A stretch of DNA of 64,000 bases from Octopus bimaculoides. Lineage: Eukaryota. Positions within the stretch are counted from its first letter, which is position 1, and every line of letters begins with the position of its first letter. The stretch covers positions 45,419,128 through 45,483,127 of the forward strand of contig NC_068984.1 of NCBI RefSeq assembly GCF_001194135.2. The letters run 5' to 3'. Both the position numbers and the translations under genes were made by a program. Under the pieces are notes generated by a model. The model worked only from the letters and a program-made list of their open reading frames with translations, did not search any database and had not been told where the DNA came from. Of this stretch, positions 28,036 through 41,900 are shown piece after piece.

Positions 28036-29962
28036 CGACGGGCTTCTTTCAGTTTCCGTCTACCAAATCCACTCACAGGGCTTTGGTCGGCGCGAGGCTA
28101 TAGTAGAAGACACTTGCCCAAGGTGCCATGCAGTGGGACTGGACTCGGAACCATGAGGTTCGTAAGCAAGCTACTTACCACACAGCCACTCCTGTGCCTA
28201 TGTGTATATCTTTACTCACCCTTGCCCACTTTTTACATCTGTTTTTCAATGAAGTAGAAGTAGAACCTGGTTTTCAGGTCAGATAAACAAGAGAAAGCAG
28301 AATTGTTTAGGGGCCACAAAACACAATAGTTCCTGAAAGATCTGAATTTGAGATTATATGGTCTAACTTCTCCATTAAGCTGCAAACTATTTCTACCTTA
28401 GGCCAGCCCTTGTCATCACTACAATATACCTCCCACCACTTCCAACAGCCACACTAAATACTGTCCAACCCCCAGTTCATATTGTTGTTGTTACTGTTTA
28501 GCTACAGGTCAGATTTCCTTCACCAAAGATATTCTAGCTATGACCTTGACACCTTTCTTTATCAAACGATACCACAGATCCAATGACTGCAAGGTGAGGA
28601 GGGGGATACTTTTGGTGATCTCATCTCTGAAATGTTTTAATTATTTATTTTATGACTCATTACTGCCCATTTAATGACAATAACAAAAAAAAAAAAAAAA
28701 TAATAATTTGTCATGCACTAAACCTAAAATAAAGTTACAACTGAAAACCAGGAACTAACAAATTACAGCCAACTTGGTTTAATTACATGAAATGAAAATC
28801 ACTTAGATATTTATGTCATCCAGTATTATTCAGCCACGAGGTAGGCCCAGGAAGACCTGGGCTGAGGTGGTGAGGCAAGACCTTCGAACATTGGGCCCCA
28901 CCGAGGCGATGACTACTGACCGAGACCTTTGGAAATGTGCTGTGCGTGAGAAGACCTGGCAAGCCAAGTGAGNNNNNNNNNNNNNNNNNNNNNNNNNNNN
29001 NNNNNNNNNNNNNNNNNNNNNNNNNNNNNNNNNNNNNNNNNNNNNNNNNNNNNNATCCTGAGCGTGACCGTTGCCAGTACCGCCTGACTGGCCTTGTAGG
29101 GTTTTCGAGCAAGATCGTTGCCAGTGCCCCTGGACTGGCTCTTGTGCGGGTGGCACATAAAAGACACCATTTCGAGCGTGGCCGTTTTCGTGCGGGTGAC
29201 ATGTAAAAGCACCCACTACACTCTCTGAGTGGTTGGCGTTAGGAAGGGCATCCAGCTGTAGAAACTCTGCCAAATTAGATTGGAGCCTGGTGTAGCCATC
29301 CGGTTGCACCAGTCCTCGGTCGGATCGTCCAACCCATGCTAGCATGGAAAGCGGACGTTAAACGATGATGATGATGATGATGATAACTGGAGTTATCCAC
29401 AAATCACAAAACACAGTTTCATGTTTACTTAATATAAAGCAACTGTGCAGCATCCTAGAGACGGGTACAATTATTTATTAATAGGCAATTTAGGTCAGGG
29501 GACATTTTTACATCACTTCATGCCTGTACCCAAGGTAATTACTTCACCTCTTCATGGTCTAAGATAATGTGTGCATCCCCTTCTGGCTACAATTAAATAT
29601 ATATAAAAAAAAAGGACATTTGATATTTGTTTCAATACGGAACTACAACAGTCTCTTAAGTAGCAAGATTTTAATGTAAATACTGTTAGATATTATAATC
29701 ATCAATCTAAGTAAAATTGAGGCTGTTCTTGCATACAGGCATGTCCTCTACATTCCTCTTCAGCTAAGTAATCCTAATCTTGCAGGCTTGTGGGTGCTGG
29801 TTCCAAGTAAAAGCACCCAGTACACTTTGTAAAGTGGTTGGCATTAGAAAGGGCATCCAGCCATAGAAACCTTGCCACAACAGACATGGAGCCCAGGTAG
29901 CTCTTCAACTGGCCAACTCCTATCAAACCATCCAACACATGCCAGCATGGAAAACACATTAA

Positions 29963-29999
<37 letters not shown>

Positions 30000-32900
30000 C
30001 AGAGAATACAGGATGTTAAACAATAAATACACAATTTGAGCTCAGTCACTGCGTCTGTTGCTCCTTTTTTTGCAATATTTTAGTCAAAAGAGAAGGCAGT
30101 TCCCATAAACCTTTATAGGGCCTCCAAGACTGGTGGTGACAAGAAAGGAAGGTGTCCTCAAATCAGAGACCTGGCTTGACTACTTGCAACAGAGGACACT
30201 CCACTAAAAGCACTCAAGAAGTCAAGTGATTGTGTTAAACTGGTTATGGTGGGATTTGAACTCAAAATGTCTTTACAATCTAAGTTAAAATCCCCAAAAT
30301 ATCTGGACTGACACCCTAACAATTCTCATTTCGTATGTTTTTATTACACTCAAAACGATGAAAGGCAAAGTTAACTTTAGCAAGATTTGAGTGCAGAAAT
30401 CAGAAGAACTCTCATTAAGCATTGGATCTAAAGACTTTGCACATTAACTTCTTAATAAGGTCTAATGTCTGTATCACTGATGACATAATTTTTGAAGAGA
30501 TAAAAAGTTCTTTTTCTTTTTTTTTTTTGCAATAAAGGTTACCTACCTTGTTTGCCCTGTGAGGATGGTGTTAATAACTGCCTTCATTAATTCACTGCTT
30601 GTGTATAATCTATAGAGAGACCTGTTAAGGAATTCACATCAACAACCACATCAATCACTTAACTATTTACATCGAACACTTTTTCTATGCAAACCAGCCA
30701 GAAAATATATCTCAGAGGACCTTCTGTATCATCATTGAGCCAAGTTGAAATAGCTGCCAAATCTTCCTCAAATTACACCTTGCTGTGCTCAAAAAGAAAA
30801 ATAGAGAGAGGTGTACACTGACTGACTAATATAATTATGGCTGGACTCTTCTGACCATAGGTCTGTTTAATCAGGGTTGAACTGGGACTCAACAACAACA
30901 ACAATGTATGTTAAAACAATGATAAATAATAGTAATATTGCGGAAGGGGAAGATGTACTTTAAAAATACCTTCAAAAAATTCTGCTGCAGTATCCATGCT
31001 ACAATGAGAGTCAATCCTTACATTTATGCTAAAATTTAGCGCATAACTCTTAACCTTTTGTATGAGCATGGCATTGTAATATGCTATTTTCTCTGCTCTA
31101 AAGATGCTAAGCTGTGTGTTGTTGTTTAATACTGGATTAGCCCTAATTGAGCCGATCTATGGTAATTCTACCTAGACTGTTGATTAACAGCCCAGTCAAG
31201 ATGGTATTTTCTTCTCCTACTCTTGTTTTTGCACACATCTACAAAATGACTTTCTAAAATGAACTTCCATTATGCAGCTGAAGAGTACATTTTCATTGCA
31301 CATCTTATGTGGTGTCCTCACTACATGAATAAATGAAGTTTGTACGAAACGTACGTACTGCTATAACCTATTGAATTTTTGTTGCTTTCTTCAAATTTTA
31401 TTCACCAAATCTCTTGATTTTGTTTTTGGTTTTTACCCTACCAGATTCTGGTGCCTCAAACATTTAAGTACCACATTTAATCTTTTGATTAAATCTATAT
31501 TAGTACTTTGTACCCTAGACTGTATAGTGTATTTCGCAGTAATTCAGTTACTTTCCCAGCGGATCAAGCATCTATGTAGGTGTTTTCTTGTTGATTTTAC
31601 TTAACCCAGCAGCAAAGACTCTCCACAGTTACTATTTTGTTGGGATAAAAACAAGAGGTATTTTATACACAAATACCACATACACACAATTTTTAAAGGA
31701 TACAGTTGCATATTAGCTAAGGAAGCAGGGTCTGCATCAAATGAAGACTGATAGAGATCCAAAAATTTCTGACTTAAATTACTGTAGCTGTTTTGGCATT
31801 TTAATAACTGAAATATTGAACACAAGAAAATATTAAAAGTACAGAGGAACAGTTATTGGAATAAAATTATAAAACAGATGTATTATTAGATGCAAAATTT
31901 GAACAATATCAAGATATCATCATTGTCATCATTTAACGTCTGTTGTCCATGCTGGCATGGGTTGACTGGGCTGGCACACTGGAAAGCTGTGCCAGGAACA
32001 GTGGTTCTCAACCTAAGTGATAGTATCCTTTTGTGATGGCATGGGGGTGCATTGTGAGCTTACAGAGTGGTGCTAAATGTCAAGATGGCAGTGTGGCAGG
32101 TTCTGAGTATTTAGAGAGACTGGGGCTTGATTCTTCTCAGAAATAAAAACTAAGTACAATACTTATATTTTAAACATATTTTTGAAAAAAAAAAATCTTT
32201 GTTAGAATTAAAATATGAATAGGACATTGCATTATCAGTAAACAAAAACATGACCAATGACACGCCAAGGTTCCATATAATTTCATTATATGAGACTTCA
32301 CTTTTGTTAGTAATTTCCATGAAAAGGGATGCCAGTCCATGCAAATATCTCAAAAGGGGCACATGTTGGGTGGGATAATATTAGAACATGCAGATATTAA
32401 AACATGACAAAATTAGCTTGTGCTAGATCTGTTGGGTTTTTTTTTCATTCTTTATTGTAAAACATGAGGACAGTGCATTAGTAAAATGGTATTCCATGAA
32501 GGGGGCCACTGACCTACGAAAGGTTGAGAACCACTGCTTAAAATCTCAACTCCCTTTCAGACTATAGGTTTTGTAACTGGATATCTTTTCTGATGCTAAT
32601 CACCAGACATACTATTTTGTGTAGAAAAAGAGAACATACAAAACTGCTAAATGTCTCATTTGATAGTTGGTGATGTAGTTAGCATCAGAAAAGATAACAT
32701 AAATTTTACAGTTCAGTTTTAACAAAGTTTTAATTGATGTAATAAACCTCATTTACATATAATGTTTCAAATCATATCTTAATTGACACATAATTGGTTA
32801 GCAATATAAAGAGTAACCAATTGCAAAAATACATGTATATGTCAAGGTTTCTAATAACATTCAACCCTTGCTGATAGAGTAAAATAATGCATACCAAGTT

Positions 32901-35900
32901 AATAACTTACTGTCACATCACATTACATTAGATCTAGTGAGCTTAGACATATTCTTGAGCAGTTCTTAACACTGGATCAGAATGTTCTTAAATTTCTTTC
33001 TTCTTTATAAAACACATACGCACACATTGCTATAATGAGACAATTTACCTGAGAGATTACAGGACCACATCGACTGATGTCACGAGCATTAGTGACAGCC
33101 ATGGCAGAGGCTATTGCAGGAGGAGGACATGTCTGGAAAGTGGAACAAGTCTGACACAGGTGCTGGTGTAACTGTACAAGCTCACAGCGCAAGGTGCAGT
33201 ATTCACTCTGGAACTGAAGACGGAAATTTTGTGTTGTGGCAGCCTGCAGTATAAAATAAAGGAAATGATCGGAATGACAATAACAGAATGGTCGAAAGGT
33301 CAAAGTATTGGAATACTGATTATATAGAAGGGAGTTCAAATCTCTAGTGTTTTCTTAAGCAAGGGACTTCTCTATGCTTTTTTGAGTTTACCTTACAAAT
33401 AAGCAACAGATTCTACCCCAACTACATTGTTGAGTAAGGGCATCTGGTTATGAAAACAATTACTTCAAAATGAATACATGCAAGAACGCATAAACAGAGA
33501 GTTAAACAGAAGATTAAAAGTGTTCTGAAAAGAATGGTTGTGTTTAAAACATTTGGAGACTCTCCCAGACAGGTGAGATTGAAGTAGTTAATGCCAAGCA
33601 TGGATAACTCCAGGGAAAATATGGGAGGAGAGGCGGGAGGAGTTTTTGTCTAGATGCTTGAAATAAAATTAATCCAACTGAAAGCACTTAAGGATTAGGT
33701 GGTGTTAAACTGAGCAGCAACCACTCCTAAAACAGTAAAATGTAAATAAATGAATAAATAACTATATATCCTGATCAGTAGAATTAGAATAAGTCACACT
33801 GGCAACCATGTCCAGTGAAAAGTGGTTGAAAAAATATGCTTCCTATGCATCCAGATAGATGAGATATGTAATAGATATGGTTGAAATCTACTACATTAAT
33901 AATAAAGTAGAATCTTTACTGGCAAATATGATCTGCCTGCAACTCATATAGCATGCTACTTGCATTGTTCCAAGGTTGAAATAAAAACCTGAACTATGTG
34001 AAGTAGATGAATGCCAGAACTTAGACCTTCCTTTAATTCAGCTAGAAGATCCAGCTGGCACATGAGCTTTAGCACATTCACAGAATTCTGAGAAGCAGAA
34101 TATTCAAGACCACACCAAAGTGATACAAAGCAAAGTTGAAACATGTACATTAACAACTAAAAACAATACAAACATGATTTCCATCAAGTTTACTAGATAG
34201 ATCTCTGTTTGACCTGCACTGCAGATATGTGGACACCACAGTTTCATTCACATTTCATTATGTTAACAATAAATGATAATCATTATTTTATGTTGGCAAG
34301 GATTTCAAGGGTTGTTATGGTCCAAGTTAGCTGTTATTCAGAATTACTGCTCTCCTAAATAGGATGGAGGACAACATTTTACATGTATGTTTCAGTTTTG
34401 GCAAACACAAATTGGCATAATAATATTATTGCTAATAAGCTTCTAGGAGCAAGACATAATTCATACCTCCAGGAGTTGGCAATAAAGAAATGAACACCAA
34501 CACATCAGGATCAGTGGCTATACACTTGCCAGTAATCCATAGGTAAAACAAGGTAAATACTAAAATATCTGAAGCAAATGCAATGAACTTTCAGACCTAT
34601 TCAATAAAAGACAAAAATGATGATGATGATGACAATGATGGTAAAAGTGGCAGTAACAACAATGATAAAAATCTTTAAAATTTTTAAACCTTTAATTATT
34701 TACCAACCATCATCATCACTGAAGTTGACGATAGACTATATTTCACTGATGAGGCCTAATAAGACTGAAACATGTGTGAAGTTGTCACCTATCTGCTAAA
34801 GATTGGACTCACTCCTAACTGCATTTTACATTTAAACTATTGGAGCTATCTCCATTTGCTTTATATCTATCAATCCATCCATGCATACATACATTCACAT
34901 GTACACACACATGTATACATACATATATACATACACCCACACATACATACAAACATACAATATCATCATCATCATCATCATCGTTTGACGTCCGCTTTCC
35001 ATGCTAGCATGGGTTGGACGATTTGACTGAGGATTGGCAAACCAGATGGCTGCACCAGGCAGAGTTTCTACAGCTAGATGTCCTTTCTAACGCCAACCAC
35101 TCTGAGAGTGTAGTGGGTGCTTTTACGTGCCACCGGCATGAGAGCCAGTCAGGCAGTACTGGCAACAGCCACGCTCAAAATGGAGCCAGTCCAGCGGCAC
35201 TGGCAATGACGTCGCTAGAATGTTTTTTCCCGTGCCAGTAAGGCGATGCTGCGATTGTTCACATCACTAAGACTGTAAGATAGTGAAAAGTAGCGACAGT
35301 GGACAATGATGATAATTATAATGATAATGGTAGGGATGATGATGGTGCTACCGATGTTAGAAATAGCAGCTCAAGAGTTTACCTGAAGTTGGGAAATGCC
35401 TCGCTGATAATGAGTTAAAGCCTCACCAATCATTGAAGACAGATTGTTCTTTGTTGATTCAGAGCTGATGCTTGTGGTTCCAGTGTCACATTGGTGTGGC
35501 TTGTTGAGAGCCCCAGTCAGCAGGCTGTCACCAAGACATAGATCATGGAGCCCTGACAGCCAAAAGTAAAAATGCTCAGAAGCCACCTGGAAATTGAGAA
35601 AAATATCTAGTCAGATTTAAAAAGAAAACAAACACAAATGAAACACACAATGAAAGTAAAACATGGCATGTAAAAAGCACCCAGCACACTCTGCTAAATG
35701 GTTTGGCATTAGGAAGGGCATCCAGCCATAGAAACCATGCCTCAACAGACAGCTGGAGCCAGAACAGTAACCTACTAGCCAGCTCCATGTCAAACCATCT
35801 AACCCATGGCAACATGGAAAGTGGACGTTAAACAATAATGATGATGTTGATAGATGTCTGAACATCATATTTTTACTTCACAATTGAATGGTTACTTGCA

Positions 35901-38900
35901 GGATGGACTTCTCGTAGAAATATTTTTTCTAACGGCATAAAACTTGCATTTTGTAAAATCTTTTGATGCTTGATGCTGTGGATGTACAAACAAATAAAGG
36001 ACCCCCTCTTTTTGGTTGTTAAAATAGGTAGACATAGCAGTCAAATCCCCTTAACACTTTAGCTTTTAAATTGGCCATATCCAGCCCAAACATGTTACCT
36101 GTTTAATGTTCTAAGCAGCCAGATCCAGCCTATCACACTAACCCTTCAATGCTATTCTAAGAATATAGCCAAATGAGGCCACAACTGTGGCCTATGCGGG
36201 TGCCTTAATCATCCTGATGCTATAGTAAAAGATACTTGCCTAAGGTATGACGCAGTGGGACTGAACCCAGAACTAAGTGGTTGGGAAGCAAATTTCTTAC
36301 CATACAGCCCTACCTAGCACCTATATGGATAGAAACAATAAATTAACCTCTCTCCCTCTCCATACTGGTATTTCCCATCAGCTGCAAACTCCAGCCTTGT
36401 TCAATTCATCACTCATTCATCTCTACCACCATGTGTTACTCTCACCATAACTCTTATGAAACAACCCATCATCTCCTTCCCCTTCTCTACAATCTTTACC
36501 TCCTTCCCAGTTACTCCTGCCCACCCTTATGTAGTGTTGGGTAGCCGTATATCTTCTCCATAGCAAGGTACCTGTGCTAGTCCCTTTATTATACTCTAAT
36601 CCTTTAGCATTTAAACCGGCCAGATCTGGCCCAAATATTCTATATGTCATATGTTCAAACTGACCAGATCTAGCTTCTCGCACCTATCCTACAATGTCAT
36701 TCTAAATATATACAATTACATCATCAAAATGCCAAAGCCACAAGTTAATGCATGATTAATTCAAAATGATGTGAACAAATAAGCATTGCATTTGATGGAG
36801 TAATCTGAATGTTAAATGGCTAAACTCTCACCACCTAACATAAAATCCACCTCTCCCTCTCAAATACTACTCCAACTAAGCCGAGGGGGGTCTTTTTCCT
36901 GCTCTTTTACTATCTTGCAAGTTACTTGGAGACCTCACTAGCGCTGGCAGCATGAAAAAGGTACCCAGTACACAATGTAAAGTGGTTGGCATTTGGGAAG
37001 GCATCCAGCCATAGAAGCCATGCCAAAGGTGACACAGCCCTATGGGCCACCAGATCCTGTCAAACAAGCCAACCCATACCAGCAAGGTAAAATATACGTT
37101 AAATGATGATGATGACGATGGTGATAAGCACTTCTGAAATTTGTGTGCTCTCCCAATCAAGTGAATTCAAAATGGAATAAAGAGCAAGAAAAAAACTAAT
37201 CAGTCCTATTCAGTAAGTTGTTTTAATAACCTTAGAAGGATGAAAGGTTAAAGTTTACTTAAGAAAGATTTGAACTCTGATCCAAGATAAACTGAACTTC
37301 TTAATCATGTATCTGCATCTGCTTTACATCGTGGTATTATTGATTCATAGGTTGAGTTAGAGGCAAGGGACATTACTCTTTGTAGCACACTGGAGCTGGC
37401 TGAGTAAAATAGAGGTAATAAAGTGTTGTCGTTGTTGTTGCTTAGTCTGAAGTCAGTCCGAATAGAGAATACCTATGATCTAAAACCTTTCGTATATCAG
37501 AGGAAAGATTGTCTAATATGCTCTTTTTTTTTTTTTTTTTTAAATGGCAGGCAAAAGAAAGCGCATGCAGCCATGGAAAAGCGGCCTCAACACATTCCAT
37601 CTGATCCTTGCAAGCATGGAAAAGTGGATATTAAAACGATGATGATGATGATGATAGTCTGATTTGAAAGCGATTTGGCTACAATACCTAGCAGTTTGAG
37701 TGACCACATACAATATACAAATCAAGCATGGATAACCTTTTTCAAGAAGCAGGCCACATGAGACATGGCTGTCATCAAGCAGGCTGCATTAGTAAACAAA
37801 TTCAAGGTAAGTTTTCATTAGGCATGCAGTTTAGAAAGCCTTGCAGGTGAAGTTTACCCATGACCGGTATAAGCTATAGTTGAGGGTAACTATTTCTCAT
37901 AAACACAGAGATTTAGAAAGTTACACGTAAAATACACCATTTCGAGCGTGGCCGTTGCCAGTCAAATCGTCCAACCCATGCTAGCATGGAAAGTGGACGT
38001 TAAACGACGATGATGATGATGATGAAAAGACTGGGCAATGGGAAAGAGAAAAGCTGCTTTTGTCAAGTCATTTTTGTGGACTTTTGTAAAGTAACAGCAG
38101 ATGAAGCAAATGTTTTTTTTTAGTTGTTCACTCGGGACTTACACCAACCACTCAGAGAATGTAGTGGATGCTTTTTATATACCACCAGCACAAGAGGCTA
38201 GAGGAGCTGGCAACGATCACGATCAGATGGTGATTTTTATGTGCCACCGGCACGGAAGCCAGTCAAGACGGCACTGGCATCGGCCACGTTTGGATGGTGC
38301 TTTTTACGTGCCACCAGCACAGGGCTCACAACTACAATTTCCATTTGATTTGATTTTGATATTGCTGATATTGATGTACTTGACTCAATAGGTCTCCTGA
38401 AGGACGACATGTCGCACTATGATCCAAGGTACTTTTGAATGGGTTAGTTATGCGACACTGGTGTAGGTTACAGCCATGGGCTCACTTTATTTGCCAGGTC
38501 TTTTCAGTCACAGCATACCTCCAGAGGTCTTGGTCTTTTGTCACTGCCTCTGTGAGGCTCAATATATATATGAGCGAGATCGTTGCCAGTGCCCCTGGAC
38601 TGGCTCTTGTGCTGGTGACACATGAAAGTTCTTCGAGCGAGATCGTTGCCGGTGCCCCTGAACTGGCTCTTGTGTGGGGTTGTTGTAGGACTTTTGAGCG
38701 AGATCGTTGCTGGTGCCCCTGGACTGGCTCTTGTGCGGGTGACACATGAGGTTTCTCGAGCGAGATGAGCATGGCCGTTGCCAGTACCGCCTGACTGGCC
38801 TTCGTGCGAGTGACACGTAAAAGCACCCACTACACTCTCTGAGTGGTTGGCGTTAGGAAGGGCATCCAGCTGTAGAAACTCTGCCAAATTAGATTGGAGC

Positions 38901-41900
38901 CTGGTGTTGCCATCTGGTTTCACCAGTCCTCAGTCAAATCATCCAACCCATGCTAGCATGGAAAGCGGACGTTAAACGATGATGATGATGATGATGATGA
39001 TGATATATATATATATATAGTTNNNNNNNNNNNNNNNNNNNNNNNNNNNNNNNNNNNNNNNNNNNNNNNNNNNNNNNNNNNNNNNNNNNNNNNNNNNNNN
39101 NNNNNNNNNNNNNNNNNNNNNNNNNNNNNNNNNNNNNNNNNNNNNNNNNNNNNNNNNNNNNNNNNNNNNNNNNNNNNNNNNNNNNNNNNNNNNNNNNNNN
39201 NNNNNNNNNNNNNTGTGCGGGTGACACGTAAAAGCACCCACTACACTCTCTGAGTGGTTGGCGTTAGGAAGGGCATCCAGCTGTAGAAACTCTGCCAAAT
39301 TAGATTGGAGCCTGGTGTTGCCATCTGGTTTCACCAGTCCTCAGTCAAATCATCCAACCCATGCTAGCATGGAAAGCGGACGTTAAACGATGATGATGAT
39401 GATGATGATGATGATATATATATATATATAGTTAATTCAAATAAACGAGTAAAAATTAATGGACAACAAAAGGATGTGCACAAGAAATGTATCAGCTTGA
39501 TGCTTGGTGAAAAGAGAGAGTTTGACATTTCGAGTGTAGCTCTTTGTCAGAAAGGAGAAAGGGAAAAGTCCAAAGAAGGAAAAGAAATTGCCAATGCACA
39601 TGATGAGTACATAGGGATAAATTATCCAGGTGGGTACTATAAGTGCACTCAGTAATAGTCTGGTTTCATACTTAGAAGTAAACTAAAAAATTAGTAGAGG
39701 CTGGTGCTTGGCCATTGTGAATTCACTATCCTTTACCTAAACTATCCATATGAAAAAGACATCCTACAAGTAACTCATAAGTCATGGGTTCAGATCCATT
39801 GCAACCTTCAAATGCAGAATAATAAACTGTATAAACCTTAGCTTAACACTTCTTGGGAAAGTTATCTGTGATAGATCACCATCTATGCAGGGGTGTTCTC
39901 TCATATGTATATGAGAGATAGATTTAGCCTGGATAAGGGTGTATAAAAACCAGAAACAACACTACCATGATTCATTGCTATATTACTAATGGTATGTTGG
40001 TCCAACCCATGCTAGCATGGAAAATGGACGTTAAATGATGATGAGAATTTAGAACAAATATTGTTAGAAAATTCAGAATTACAGTATTCTTTGTATCAAA
40101 TTATGGCATAAAAAAGCTGAAATATAAAGGAAACACATATATAACTAGTATATCAGGAATTTACCTTGTTCCTAATAGAACAGAGAAGATGGACAGCAAT
40201 GTGATATTGTTGGTAACGCATGGCTTGACGGACAACACGATATGCTTGCCAGGCGTCCCCCTGTGGAGCTGCTTGCATAACCAAGTTATGCAGGTCTTCA
40301 GGAAGGTTTTCACCATGGGCCATAAGAAAGAGTAATGTGCAAAGTCGAGCCTGTACAAAAAAAAAAAGAGAATGCAACAAAGATCAAAGTTAAAAAAAAA
40401 AACAAAAAAAAAAAATACTTTGCAGATAATCTTGTTCTTGTAAAATTGAAATGTTTTTCATTGAAGAAATTGCATTTCATATTGACAAAATTTAGCCAAA
40501 ATTTGATATGCAATTGTGTTATCCTACAGTTTGGTGGCTATAATCTAATTTTTTGTTCAAATAGCCAGTCATCTATGGATGGCTAACATCATTGAGAGTA
40601 TATTTCCTATCAAGGGTAACCATTACTTGCCTGGTAATCAAATTATTTCCCCTTCGTTACTTTTTTTTTAAATATAATTTTAGTTGAGAGAATCTTGAGC
40701 TGATGGAATCGTTACTGGACCTTCTCCAGATCAAACACGAGTGAAAAGCCTTCTTCAAGTCAAAAACGGTTCTTAGCTAAAAGCAGCCACTATACTTAGC
40801 CTAGTGGAATATAGTGGCTTGCTTTCAAGTGATGAAAAGATAAAAAGATATATTTAAAAAAATAGCATAAATGAAAAGAAAATATCAATACCTTCACTGA
40901 AGGATCAATAATGTTTCCTTGCTCAGCTGAGAGAATATCCATCAGGATTGGTAATATTGGTTCCAATGCTGCACTATTTGTGGAACCAACAGCTGCCAAA
41001 CTATCACAGACCAGTGCCATATGAACATCTGAGAGAGAATGGGCTAAAATTGAAAAAAAATAACATTTGCTATGTATTTTACTAGTAGCTGTACCCAACC
41101 TAACCTGGGTTTATGATTTATAAATACCTAAAGTTTATAAAGCACACGTTACATCAACTAAATACTTAATTGAGTTGTTGTTAGCACTCCATCGCTTACG
41201 ATGTCGAGGGTTCCAGTTGATCCGATCAACAGAACAGCCTGCTCGTGAAATTAACGTGCAAGTGGCTGAGCACTCCACAGACACGTGTACCCTTAACGTA
41301 GTTCTCAGGGATATTCAGCGTGACACAGTGTGACAAGGCTGACCCTTTGAATTACAGGCACAACAGAAACAGGAAGTAAGAGTGAGAGAAAGTTGTGGTG
41401 AAAGAGTACAGCAGGGTTCGCCAACATCTCCTGCCGGAGCCTTGTGAAGCTTTAGGTGTTTTCACTCAATAAACACTCACAACGCCCGGTCTGGGAATCG
41501 AAACCGTGATCCTATGACCGCGAGTCTGCTGCCCTAACCACTGGGCCATTGCACCTCCACACTTAATTGAGTAATTATCAGTAAAAGTCATGAAGCCTTT
41601 CACTGTCTCCATAAGAAAAAAGATGTTCCCTAAAGCAAAATTTGAGGTATCTAAGAGCAAAACAGTGGTTCTACAACTTGGAACATGAATACATATATTC
41701 ACTTCTAGATATTAAGATTAGAAAATAATCTTCTCGTATATTTGATTATCTTTTATGTATTAGTGCTATTTGCAGGAAATACCAGTGAGTAGGAGTTTAA
41801 CTCATATCTCAGAATAGTAAACTCCTTAGTGAAGACTCCTTAGACTTTTTTGACATGTCACCATCTCAGTAGTAGGCCTATCGCTCAGTCTGGTTTAGCA

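Noticed and set aside
33956-34156. Helical-looking 66-aa intronic ORF
   Set aside because: No convincing donor site, not needed for the INTS7 frame, and no recognisable homology.
38570-38790. Regularly spaced repeats superficially like a CRISPR array
   Set aside because: Eukaryotic RTE 3' UTR tandem units; spacers are related to each other and no cas genes are present.
38133-39003. Head-to-head RTE pieces suggesting a twin-priming inversion
   Set aside because: Both pieces contain overlapping 3' UTR sequence and look like different subfamilies; two independent insertions is simpler.
38805-39433. Apparent tandem duplication of an RTE tail plus (TA)n on both sides of a gap
   Set aside because: Near-identical sequence flanks an N-run, so it is most likely unmerged contig ends (assembly artefact).
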